A stretch of 64,000 bases of DNA from Octopus sinensis (lineage: Eukaryota): positions 114,762,001 to 114,826,000 of the forward strand of contig NC_042998.1 in the NCBI RefSeq assembly GCF_006345805.1, given 5' to 3'. Each line of letters opens with the position of its first letter. Position 1 is the first letter of the stretch. Shown one piece after another: positions 53,941-64,000 of the stretch. The notes below the pieces were generated by a model, which did not search any database, was not told the origin of the DNA, and saw only the letters and a list, made by a program, of their open reading frames with translations. Position numbers and translations under genes: made by a program.

Positions 53941-54289
53941 CTATTTTCTAGTTCAAACGTACCCGTATATTCGCTCATGCATTCACACCTGTATATTTAT
54001 ATATGCCTACATACACGTGCATACATATACACACACTTGCGTATACGTATCTACATACATACATACATACATACATACTACATACATACATACATACATA
54101 CATACATACATACATACATACATACATACATACCTGCATGCGGTCCTGGGTTTGACGTTAAACTCCACCCCATATTGGGATCCAGGTCAGGAGTCTGAAG
54201 AGTGTGAAACCACATCTTAGCTTCTAACGGTCTCTGATCTACTCGCACTCGGTGTTGTAGCACGTCTCATGGTCTCGGTTATGGTTTGA

Positions 54290-54560
54290 TTAGAATGTTT
54301 TGGAAGAAACTCTATGAGAGCAAAGAAAAGGCTTGGCGAATTCATCTCGACAGCATATCATGGAGGGAAGTCCCTCAGGTGGACACCTACCTACTTGCGG
54401 AAAATGCAGGTTAGGTGGAGCTCTCCAGCTCTGTTAGGCACTTCATCCAGAAGAAGGCCACTTCATTCTAAAACTCACAGCATAATGGTCACCGCAACCG
54501 TCTCAGCCCGATGTTGTCAGACTTTCGACTCTAAAAAGTTGGGGTAATATTGCGGAGTGA
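54290..54560 (+). mobile_element. Possible RTE-clade 5'-UTR fragment
   Basis: GGCACTTCATCCAGAAGAAGGCCACTTCATTCTAAAAC resembles the motif at 7340-7365; preceded by a hairpin ACCTACCT..AGGTTAGGT. Confidence 0.35.
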
Positions 54561-55268
54561 CTCTCACTTTAGAACTACTAAGGGCAGGCAGGAAGAAAAA
54601 CCCTACAGCACCGAGGATCGGTTTTCATAGCCATTTAAGGGCGTCTTCCTCTTATTCGTGATGTTCAGACATGAAAAAATGGCTATTACACATCTATACG
54701 ATGTCTTTACCTGCAATTATTTCTACGTATCCAATCATATTCTGCTAAAGAATTCAGATCCTTACAAACTAAATTTACAGAATAAAGTGTATTGATGCAG
54801 GCCACGTTACTTCGTAAATGTAAATATTATATATTGTTGTTTGCATTATATTTTAAAAAGAACCCTAATGTCAGGTTCCTTGAGTAACACTTGTAGTATC
54901 AACAGAGAACAATGGTGACGAAGTCAACAACGACGTCGAAAACGAAAACGATGATGATGGTTATAATACTGTTGATGGTTGAAGCGGTGGTGGTGATTGT
55001 GGAGATATAAATATGAATAATATACGTATATATAGAGGTACAGATATGTTGTATATATACGTCCTTTCAACCATACATTCATCTAAATTTCTATCAGCCT
55101 GTCTGTCTGCCTGATTGTCTTCCTCCCTGTCTGTCTGCCTATCTGTCTGTCTAACCGCCTGTCTGCTTTTCTGTATGTCTCCCCCTCTCTCTTTTTATAT
55201 GAATATATGTATAAATATATTATTAGTATGTATACACACATATACATGCACTCACATATACATATCTA

Positions 55269-55331
<63 letters not shown>

Positions 55332-55691
55332 ATATCTATCTATCTATCTCTCTCTCTATATATATACATACTCACATATACATATATATATGCACTCACA
55401 TATACATATCTATATTTGCGTATGTGTGTGTATATCTATACGCATGTACATTTGAATGTATGTATGGAACTTTGTATGCATTTGTGTGTGTGTGTGTATG
55501 TGTGTAGTAATAACAATATATACTCAGATACACAATATTCTAGGGACCGTAATGTCGCCTTCTCAAGTAATCTTGCCTTCTGCTATAAGAAAATTCAATG
55601 ACAACTTTCGTTTGAACAATAGATTCCTGAATAGTTTCTCTGACTCTGCCGCATGGTTCTTCTTTTATACATACATACATACATACATACA

Positions 55692-55725
<34 letters not shown>

Positions 55726-55740
55726 CATATACATACATAT

Positions 55741-55812
<72 letters not shown>

Positions 55813-56426
55813 CCTATTCCTTTAGAACGTTTAAACAAGCGCAGACCTTTCGACGCACTGTAGTATTCAGATTACATCAAGAGCAATTTTTTGTCTTTTT
55901 CTTCTTATTTTCTCATCTTACTTTTGGAGTGTATTGGTTCCAAGGCTATTTTGTTATTTGTCGCATAAGCTTTTCTTTTCTTTTTTCTTTTTCTTTTTCG
56001 AATCTTCATTTCTTTTTCTAAACGGTCAATTTTCACAAGAAACGGTCAAATCTATCTAGAAGCATTTTTTCATTGTTGTTATTGTCGATTGAAAATGAAT
56101 TTCTTTCATTTTTTTCCCCGCGCTACATTTATCTATAAAAGCTTTCTGTTATGTTTTATTTAGCCACAGGGATATAATCGTTACAGATATATATTCTTTG
56201 GCTGTTGTTTATAAACCGTTTCCGACTTTCAGAAAACATTTACTTTTTAACAAAGCATCAATAGCTGAGAACACTAAACGTATCATTTCAAGTTACATTG
56301 GTTCGTTGGTTCATTGGTGAATGGACGCAACACCAAAGAAGAAGAACATATGTGTGTATGTGTTTGTGTGTGCAAGAATGTGTATGTGTATATATATATA
56401 TATATATGCATATATGTGTGCATGCA

Positions 56427-56488
<62 letters not shown>

Positions 56489-57709
56489 ATACACACACAC
56501 ATATATATATATATATACATATCACAGTTTTACAGTCTTGTATATATTTATGCATTAGTAATGCAAACACTTGTGCGTAAGTGTGAAAGTCACACTTTGC
56601 ATAAACATATATGTATGTGTGTGAGTGTGTGCGTGCGAGCGCGCACGTGTTTCTGTGTGTATCTATGTATAGACGCAGGCATGGCTAAGCTTTGAAGTTG
56701 GCTTTGCAATCATGTCGTCCTGTGTTCAATCCCACGTCTTTTATTTCGAGCAAAATTCTGTTTTTCTTTTTCCATACCCATGACTCTGAATTACAAAACA
56801 TGGAAGTTAAATTCTGTGGACTTAAATTAATAGGATGAATATCTTCCAGAAGGGCTGCTGCTGCTGCTGTAACTCACTGGAACAACTTTGTTATTTGTTT
56901 GTGACTGAGGATCACGTTAAGGATATTCTTTAGTGGGAGGGGGGAGCATTTATCCATCCACTTATGCTATAAAGTAATGTGTTAGGCACTTCAATCGATC
57001 GATCAGCTGGAATGTGCATCGTCGAAACCGACAGAGGATACCTCCTCCTCCTCCTCCTCCTCCTCCTCATCATCATCATCATCATCATCAGCTGCAGCAG
57101 CAGCATCAGCATCAGCAGCATATACTTGTGTGTCGGACCGGTCCTTTTTCATCACCTGACATGTGCTCCCCAGTGCAAGACATACACAACAAAATTCTTT
57201 ACTGGATTTATTTATTTGACTGTGGCCATACAGGAGCAAATTCACATGGGGTTTAGTCTGTGATATCAGCAGCAATATCTGTTGTTGTTATCTCCTTTTC
57301 TTCTCACTATTTTAAGATATTTTACAAATCACAGGTGCTTGTTGACATAAATAAACAGCCAGGTACATATGCTCACATACAAACATAGATACAACGGGCT
57401 TCTGTATATTTCCGCCACATCTTGAGGTATTGGTTAACTGGAAGTTACAGAAGAAAAGGCATGCTCAAGGCACTGCTTGTGGGATCGAACACAAAACCAA
57501 ATATCTGCGGAATTAACTTTATGACCCCACGTACATACTTGCGCCATATACTCGGAGTAAAATTAATTTCTTACTTTAAGATACGAGGTAAATGACGGTA
57601 GGTTGACGAGAACTTTGCGCAGTAACAATATAGACTTCCATCTTCTAAAATCCCAGATATTCTGGGCCCTGCAGATACGTTTATTAAATTTGAATACTGG
57701 TTAATTCTT

Positions 57710-57917
57710 TTGTATTTTAGTTGTTTCAGTCATCAGATTAGGCACTTAATAAGGCACTGCCTTTAAAGGGGTTTAGACGAACAAAATTGACCCCAGCACT
57801 TATTTTTGAAAACTGTGGTACTTATTGCATCGCTATCTTTTACCGAACTACTAAACCACACACACACACACACACACATAAACGCACACAAACACACACA
57901 TAAACACACACACACAT

Positions 57918-57956
<39 letters not shown>

Positions 57957-58095
57957 AACACACACACACATATATTCTGCACAGTTTCCGCCTACCAGAT
58001 TCCCTCACAAAGTATTGGTTGCCCCGGGGCCATAGTAGAAAATACATGTCCAATATGTCGCTGCAAAGATAGTTTCTTCACCACACAACCATGCC
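57710..58095 (-). mobile_element. Family B SINE with internal (CA)n; a second degenerate head at 57385-57545
   Basis: Tail GTTTCAGTCAT..GACCCCAGCACTTAT..GGTACTTATT and head TTTCCGCCTACCAGATTCCCTCACAAAG..TAGTAGAA..CACCACACAACCATGCC. Confidence 0.75.
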
Positions 58096-58229
58096 TACGC
58101 CAGATTACTGATAAAGGTGATGGGGAAGGGTCTATAAAATCATTTCATAAAAATGACAATAGAATAGAGCAAAGTAACCATAAATACGTATCATTTAAAT
58201 CTTGACTTTGAACAATATATTATTGAGAA

Positions 58230-58580
58230 AACCAGATTCTCTTTCACGAGAGCTGCCACAGTTTTCACTCTGGTAAATGTGACTGACCTTGCAATTAACC
58301 ATGAAAATTCTGAATAATTTGCTATCTGGATTAAGAAACGATTTTGTACTCATTAAATTCGCCACAGCCATTGATAATGTCAACCATGACATGTTACATC
58401 ATAACCTGAAAGGTTTTCGCTTTCAAGTAATACTGGATACATAACGCAGTGATATTTGCAATTGTTGTTTGTCTGTAAGTCAACCGTGATCGTATAGATG
58501 TACGATGAATGACATTCAATCTAGAAATAAATTTTAAAGCTGTAATATAACCCGACGACATTGTACTCTTTAAAGAAACC
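58230..58580 (+). pseudogene. Highly decayed CR1/L2-like reverse transcriptase fragment
   Basis: Translations LFHESCHSFHSGKC (cf. QHGFRSGRSC), LIKFATAIDNVNHDMLHHNLKGF (cf. YLDFAKAFDKVDHGLLLHKLK) and PDDIVLFK (cf. ADDTKLFK) occur in the correct order. Confidence 0.6.
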
Positions 58581-59004
58581 TGTCTGCTATTTTTTGTATG
58601 TTGAGCGACCACGGTGGCTCCTACTTTAGTCTTTTCCCTCAATGAGGCGAGCAACGATGGGCAAACAGAAATGATTCACATAATAACTGGTCGGAAACAA
58701 GGCACCGCACCGCATGGGAGCATTACAATGTCACATTGTCGGTTACGGAGTGAAGAATTAAGCATATAATTGTGCCTACTCAACAGCTACAGAGTCGATG
58801 CTAAAGCGTTCGAGCATAAAACCGAACAAGACCGAAAGGGATTTTACTCTTTATCCCTTATGATGATATTTCATAATAAATAGATTAACTGAGAGACTTG
58901 TGAAATGCTAATTATGAAGAACCTAATATATACTGTACTCAGCGAGAGGGACACTACTTTGATCCTCGTCTGCAGGAATTAATGCATCCCCTACCCTAAA
59001 AAGG

Positions 59005-59200
59005 CAGGTGGCGAGCTGGCAGAAACGTTAGTGCGCCGTTACGTTCTGAGTTCAAATTCCGCCGAGGTCGACTTTGCCTTTCATCCTTTCGGGGACGATA
59101 AATTAAGTACCAGTTACGCAGCTGGATCGATGTAATCAACTTAATCCGTTTGTCCCCACTATGTTTTTTAAAGTTTTTTTGTGGGCAATAAAGAAATAAG
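59005..59200 (+). mobile_element. Family A SINE with small internal deletion
   Basis: GGCGAGCTGGCAGAAACGTTAG..GAGTTCAAATTCCGCCGAGGTCGACTTTGCCTTTCATCCTTTCGGGG..tail AAAGAAATAAGAAAT. Confidence 0.88.
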
Positions 59201-59357
59201 AAATTAGATAAGGAAATTATAAGACTGTGTCTAAAACAACAAAGACGGGTTATTTATGAGTGGAATGCCTTTGATCATAAGTCTGCCGATGAAGGATGAT
59301 TTGGAGCTAAGCGAAAACAACAATGAAACACGCACGGATATGACTCACATATAGTAA

Positions 59358-59719
59358 CACACTGTCGGTTACGACGACGAGGGTTCCAGTTAATCCGATC
59401 TACGGAACAGTCTGCTCGGATATGTGCAAGTGGTTGAGCACTCCACAGACACGTGTACCATTAACGTAGTTCTCGGAGAGATTCAACGTGACACACAGTG
59501 TGACAAAGCTGACCCTTTGAAATACTGGTACAACAGAAACAGGAAGAAAGAGTGAGAGAAAGATGTGGTGAAAGAGTACAGCAAGTTTCGCCACCACCCC
59601 TGCTGGTGCCTCAAGGAGCTTTAGGTGTTTTCGCTAAATAAACTCACAACGCCCGGTCTGGGAATCGAAACCGCGATCCTACGACCGTGAGTTCGCTGCC
59701 CTAACCACTGAGCCATTGC
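59358..59719 (-). mobile_element. Full-length SINE sharing the family C head but with a different 3' domain
   Basis: Perfect 16-bp TSD GACTCACATATAGTAA (59342-59357, 59720-59735); 59545-59719 aligns with 29215-29399. Confidence 0.88.
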
Positions 59720-60454
59720 GACTCACATATAGTAATTAGATGTTGTTATCGAAAGTTTTCTTTCTAGGTGGAAGAATTATATCTGATTTGTCTTATGACG
59801 ATTGGTCAATGAACAGTGAATCAGATGAGGACAATCTTTATTTTTCAGAACATGTAAAGAACACATATTCACACCTGTCCCAAGTTTCACACTGGAGATC
59901 TTTAAAAAGCTATAGTTCACTTCCGGTTTCCTAATATACCCTCTGTTGTACATATAGATTAATTATTTATTTAAACACGACATAAACCAACACATTATAA
60001 GCAAATTATTCAGCTGAATTCTCGTTTGAATAGGGATTTGCTATAAATTTTTTTTCTGAGCAGGGTAATGAGTATATACTTGTTCTCTGATGAGTCATCA
60101 ACGATCCATAAAACTTGTCGGGGCAATAAGATTTAGTTCACTGTTTACGAGAATTTAGATTTATACGTATTGAAGTCAGGAAACCTTGACTCAAAATTAA
60201 GTGCACAAGAAAGAAAAAAAACTACATAAACAAGAGTGGAAAATTTCAGCGACATACTCACACTCCCTCTTTTTACAATATTTTATCACCCAGCTCTATT
60301 TCAATAAGTAGTAAATGTATATTATTCTGACCCCTAAATATATAAGTAATAGATTTGATTTATGCTTCGCTGCCGAGATTTGTTATCTCGGAAACATGTA
60401 CCGTGAGTTATCACTTTCTACAACATTTTATGCTTTATATTTGTTGCATAAATA

Positions 60455-60855
60455 CGAGGTTGTGAGCTGGCAGAAGCTTTAGCATTCCGAGCGAGATACA
60501 TAACGGCGTTTGGCTAGTCTTTACGTTCTGAGTTCAATTCCGCCAAGGTCGATAAAATAAGTACCAGTTGAACACTAGGATCGATGTAATTGACTTATCC
60601 CTTCCTTCGAAATTCCTAGCCTTGTGCTAAAAATTTGAAATCTAACATAATATATAGTCTATATTTATTGTGAGCTGGAAGAATTTCGTCCGTCTTTACG
60701 ATCTGAGTTCATGTTCTGCCGAGGTCAACCTTCCTTTTCAGTCTTTCATAACATAAATGCCAGTTGAGCATGGGGGATGAAATGGGGATGTTCATTGTAA
60801 TCAACTTACCTCTCCCACAAACTTGCTGGCCTTGTACCAAAGTTTGAAACCAATA
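60455..60855 (+). mobile_element. Two adjacent degenerate family A SINEs (60455-60640, 60670-60855)
   Basis: Each has GAGCTGG head, TTACG(T/A)TCTGAGTTCA, GAGGTC and a GCCTTGT..AAA.TTTGAAA tail. Confidence 0.75.
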
Positions 60856-61277
60856 TCTATTACATTAGCTAAATAACGAGATTATCTCTTCCTAGGTGGC
60901 CAGAGTTTACGAGTAAGGTAGTGATTTTCATATGAATAAGATTCAAATTGTTATTAGGCATTTAAAATAAGAGTAATAAAACAACTTAAGCCACATGTTA
61001 TTCTGAGATGACACGGAAAGAGAGGGAAAAACAAAAATAGGCATTCAGCACTGAAAGTGATCCTTCGGCCTAAAGAAGTCGAAAGGTTGTCAGTGACAAC
61101 TGTTTCGAGATTCGACGTTCAACAAAAAAAAAAAAAAAGAAAAAGAAATCCCGTTCTCTCGAAGAGTTTTAAATTCTTATGAGATCAAAATAAATTTGAT
61201 TCTTCATACTTAGCATTACAAAAGTCTCATTTAATTTATTTATTATGAAATATCCTCATAAAAGATGAAGAGTAAAG

Positions 61278-61590
61278 ACAGCCTTCGGTCATGAATGACC
61301 ATGGGATTGCACCTAGAAAGTTGCCCTCCGATGCACAAGTCTGGGCAAGGTTGTTTATGGAAGATCGGCAGTTGCTAATGCATATCAGCTTCCCCTATCT
61401 AAGGGAAAGGCAATGGGCGATACAGTATGGCACTAGTGATGTCGCAATTAATTTCTACAGCTGAGTGAACTGGAGCAACGTGAAATACAGTGTCTGACTC
61501 AAGAACACAACATGCAACCCGGTGCAGCAATCGAACTCACTACCTCATGTTTTTGAGACCGACGCTCTCACCACTGAGCCATGCACCTTC
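61278..61590 (-). mobile_element. Family D SINE
   Basis: Sense GGTGCATGGCTCAGTGGTGAGAGCGTCGG..GTGAGTTCGATTGC head; homologous to 33605-33905. Confidence 0.8.
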
Positions 61591-62111
61591 ATAACTATGA
61601 TCATACATAGCAATAAATTCCCACGATTAAGTAGAAGACATGAATATGTATGAATATGCAGGTTGCGAGTTGTCGCGGTCGTAAGAGCACCGAATACAAT
61701 GTTTTGTAGTTTTCTTTAAGATTTCATGCATTCTGAACTTTAATCTTTTCCAGATCCCTTTTCGTCCCTTTCAGACCTATAATTAATATTAGAGTGGACT
61801 CATTCTTCTCGGGATTAAATCCATTTCTTTTATCTTTGCCACTTCTTTGTTTCGGTTGTTGAACAAATGACATGGGGTTGTACTGCTTTGAAGGGTTTTA
61901 CTCCAACAGATCGAAGACCAATACAGTTTTAAAAGTCTCGTATCTCTTCTCTTGGGTACTTTTGCTGCACCGCTTTGTTACGGTGATGTAAACAAACCAA
62001 CATCTGTTGTCAAACAGGGAAGAGGAAATAAACACACGAAGAAAGATAAACACACAAAAATACACGCTTACACGCGGACATATGCATACGCGCTTGCAAG
62101 AATACGCACAC

Positions 62112-62181
<70 letters not shown>

Positions 62182-62679
62182 ATATATATATATATACACA
62201 TACATACATATATACATACACAGATACACAATGCACATATAATATACACACAAACACATATATCAATGGGTGTGTGTGTGTGTGTTCTTTTATTCATTTA
62301 CTTGTTTCAGTCATTTGACTGCAGCCATGCTGGAGCACCGCCTTGAAGGAATTTAGTCAACGAAATTATCCCCAGGACTTAATTTTTAAGCCTAGTATTC
62401 ATTCTGTCGGCCTCATTCACAAGGATGACGTTCCATTAAAACCTATAGTGAGCTGTAGAGGTTCAACATGTCATCCACTGAGTCGATTCTTTGTGGATAT
62501 AATCAGTCCATTAGCGGGAAAGTCAACATTGTACGTGAAGAATTCCACCCACTTCACAGAATTGATCAAGGACATCTGTATACCGCAAGCCGGCCTTCAC
62601 TGGACGATACCTCAACTTCAACTCCCAACATCCATACAGTGTAAAGAGAGAGATTGCTCAGTGCCTAAAACATTGAGCA

Positions 62680-63297
62680 ATGAATATAAGTAGCGATCGT
62701 GATACCCACCACAAAGAAATGATCAAGCTCAGTAACAATCTATTAAGCAATAACTACCCCGAAATCATACTCTCCACTCCAATTAGGATGAAAAGAGAGG
62801 ATGAAATCGATAAACTGTTTACAGTCTGTCTACCCTATGTGAAAGGCCTCTCCGAAAAGATACAAAAGATATTCGGCCTATATGACATGAGGACAGTATT
62901 CAAACGTAATGCAACACTTCGCAGATATCTCCTTCGAGTAAAACCACCAATAGAAGAAAATATGACCAAAGACTGCGTGTACTCCATCCCATGCTGCTGT
63001 GGTAGGTTATACAAAGGCGAAACATTCCGACCCTTCAAAATAAGGGTAGAGGAACATCGTAAAGCTGTGACACGAGGAGATATTGATATAGCTGATCATG
63101 CATGGAAAAACGGAGACCACCTCCCTCGGTGGGATGAAGTTAAGATAATAGACAGAGAACACCACTGGAAAATACGAAAACTAAAAGAAGTAGCACATAT
63201 ACTAGGACACAACAACCTCTTAAGCAGACCGAGTGCAGTTATGAACAGCATATGGGAACCGGTATTAAGGAAGGATAGGAGAATATTAGATTTATAA
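62680..63297 (+). CDS. Penelope C-terminal linker + GIY-YIG endonuclease (205-aa remnant ORF)
   Basis: LPYVKGLSEKI, CVYSIPCCCGRLYKGET..IRVEEH, IADHAWKNGDH, RKLKEVAHI. Confidence 0.8.
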   Translation: MNISSDRDTHHKEMIKLSNNLLSNNYPEIILSTPIRMKREDEIDKLFTVCLPYVKGLSEKIQKIFGLYDMRTVFKRNATLRRYLLRVKPPIEENMTKDCVYSIPCCCGRLYKGETFRPFKIRVEEHRKAVTRGDIDIADHAWKNGDHLPRWDEVKIIDREHHWKIRKLKEVAHILGHNNLLSRPSAVMNSIWEPVLRKDRRILDL

Positions 63298-63325
63298 GCC
63301 CTAAAATTCACTCCATAATTGTCCA

Positions 63326-63400
63326 CGGGCATATGGCGTAGTGTTTAAGAGCGCGGGCTACTAACCCCAAGATTCCGAGTTCGATTCCAGGCAGTGACCT
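63326..63400 (+). promoter_or_regulatory. tRNA-like Pol III internal promoter (A box 63334-63344, B box 63377-63388)
   Basis: TGGCGTAGTGT and GAGTTCGATTCC with tRNA-like spacing; no complete acceptor stem, so not a functional tRNA. Confidence 0.7.
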
Positions 63401-63460
63401 AAATAATAATAATAATAATAATAATAATATCGAAAAATACCAGGTTCGAAATGTCCTCAA

Positions 63461-63506
63461 GACACCCGATGAAGGCTGGAGGGTATATCAGCCGAAACGT
63501 TGTGTT
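63461..63506 (+). ncRNA. Minimal type I hammerhead ribozyme of the Penelope pseudo-LTR (U4-to-C core substitution)
   Basis: GACAC (stem I) - CCGATGA-A - GGCTG/CAGCC (stem II) - GAAAC-GTT (palindromic AACGTT stem III) - GTGTT (stem I'). Confidence 0.75.
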
Positions 63507-63676
63507 AACAACAAACAAGATGAAGACAAATATTCGTCAAATGTAAATAATGTAAATAAAGTACAAGGTGAGTATGCATGAAAGTTCTAGGCAAGGAAAT
63601 TCAGAGTTTATAATGAATAATAAGGATCTAGTTAAAAATTCAGAAAATTTTCATTTTTTAAAAGGAATTGAAAAAT

Positions 63677-63953
63677 TTTTTGTATCTTTTCGGAGAGGCC
63701 TTTCACATAGGTAGATAGACTTTGGACAGTTTCTCGCTTTCATCCTCTCTTTACTTCCTAATTGAAGTGGAGAATATGCTTTGCGGGTTAGTTGTTGCTT
63801 AATAGATTGTTACTGAGCTTGATCATTTCTACCTATATTCATTGCTCGATGTTTTAGGCACTGAGCAATCCCTCTCTTTACACTGTATGGATGGTGGGAG
63901 CTGAAGTTGAGGTATCGTCCAGTGAAGGCCGGCTTGCGGTATACGGATGTCCT
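63677..63953 (-). mobile_element. Inverted partial copy of the same Penelope family
   Basis: Reverse complement aligns with 62569-62867, with substitutions and a ~22-nt deletion. Confidence 0.9.
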
Positions 63954-64000
63954 GAAACCGGTTATAATAATGTAGTGCTCCACTATTATTGCTATGAAAG

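Larger units (their letters stand above)
62415..63560 (+). mobile_element. Penelope-like element, 5'-truncated and with the RT core deleted
   Basis: IHKDDVPLKPIVS..VKNSTHF (RT N-part) fused to RTSVYRKP..YLNFNSQHP (RT thumb), then a GIY-YIG endonuclease and a pseudo-LTR with hammerhead. 5' end abuts a family B SINE tail (62285-62414). Confidence 0.92.

Noticed and set aside
54195-54225. CTGAAGA-GTGT-GAAAC hammerhead-like motif
   Set aside because: Only 4 nt lie between the core halves, so no stem II is possible.
63326-63400. Possible tRNA gene (also 29330-29399 and other SINE heads)
   Set aside because: A and B boxes are present but acceptor and anticodon stems are incomplete; these are tRNA-derived repeat heads.

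Overview
AT-rich eukaryotic DNA saturated with microsatellites. I recognise no host gene exon, rRNA, true tRNA or CRISPR array, so it is intergenic or intronic. The repeat families look like those of Octopus/cephalopod genomes, recalled from memory and not searched. Nearly all short ORFs in the track are microsatellite artefacts. Real coding signal is all transposon-derived. (1) R4/Dong-clade non-LTR retrotransposons (RT + CCHC + restriction-like endonuclease): one decayed near-full-length copy at 17.3-21.3 kb (-), and a same-strand chain at 48.0-52.9 kb of one young 5'-truncated copy (721-aa ORF) plus three fragments, almost all bounded by (TAA)n. (2) Four mariner transposase fragments. (3) A Penelope-like element (RT remnant + GIY-YIG) at 62.4-63.6 kb with an inverted partial copy. 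(4) A CR1-like RT relic. Also present are about 25 tRNA-derived SINE copies of at least four families, a non-autonomous Helitron, a DINE-1/HINE-like element and a fold-back element. The most unusual observations are: a Penelope terminal module of tRNA-like Pol III head + (TAA)n + hammerhead ribozyme, whose second copy abuts a Dong 3' end; a fold-back element enclosing a hammerhead; an 80-bp internal duplication at a Dong 5' junction; a SINE found twice joined to the same internal site of its own family; and a TAA-flanked non-coding element inside the Dong chain. All alignments and folds were done by eye and coordinates of decayed copies are approximate.
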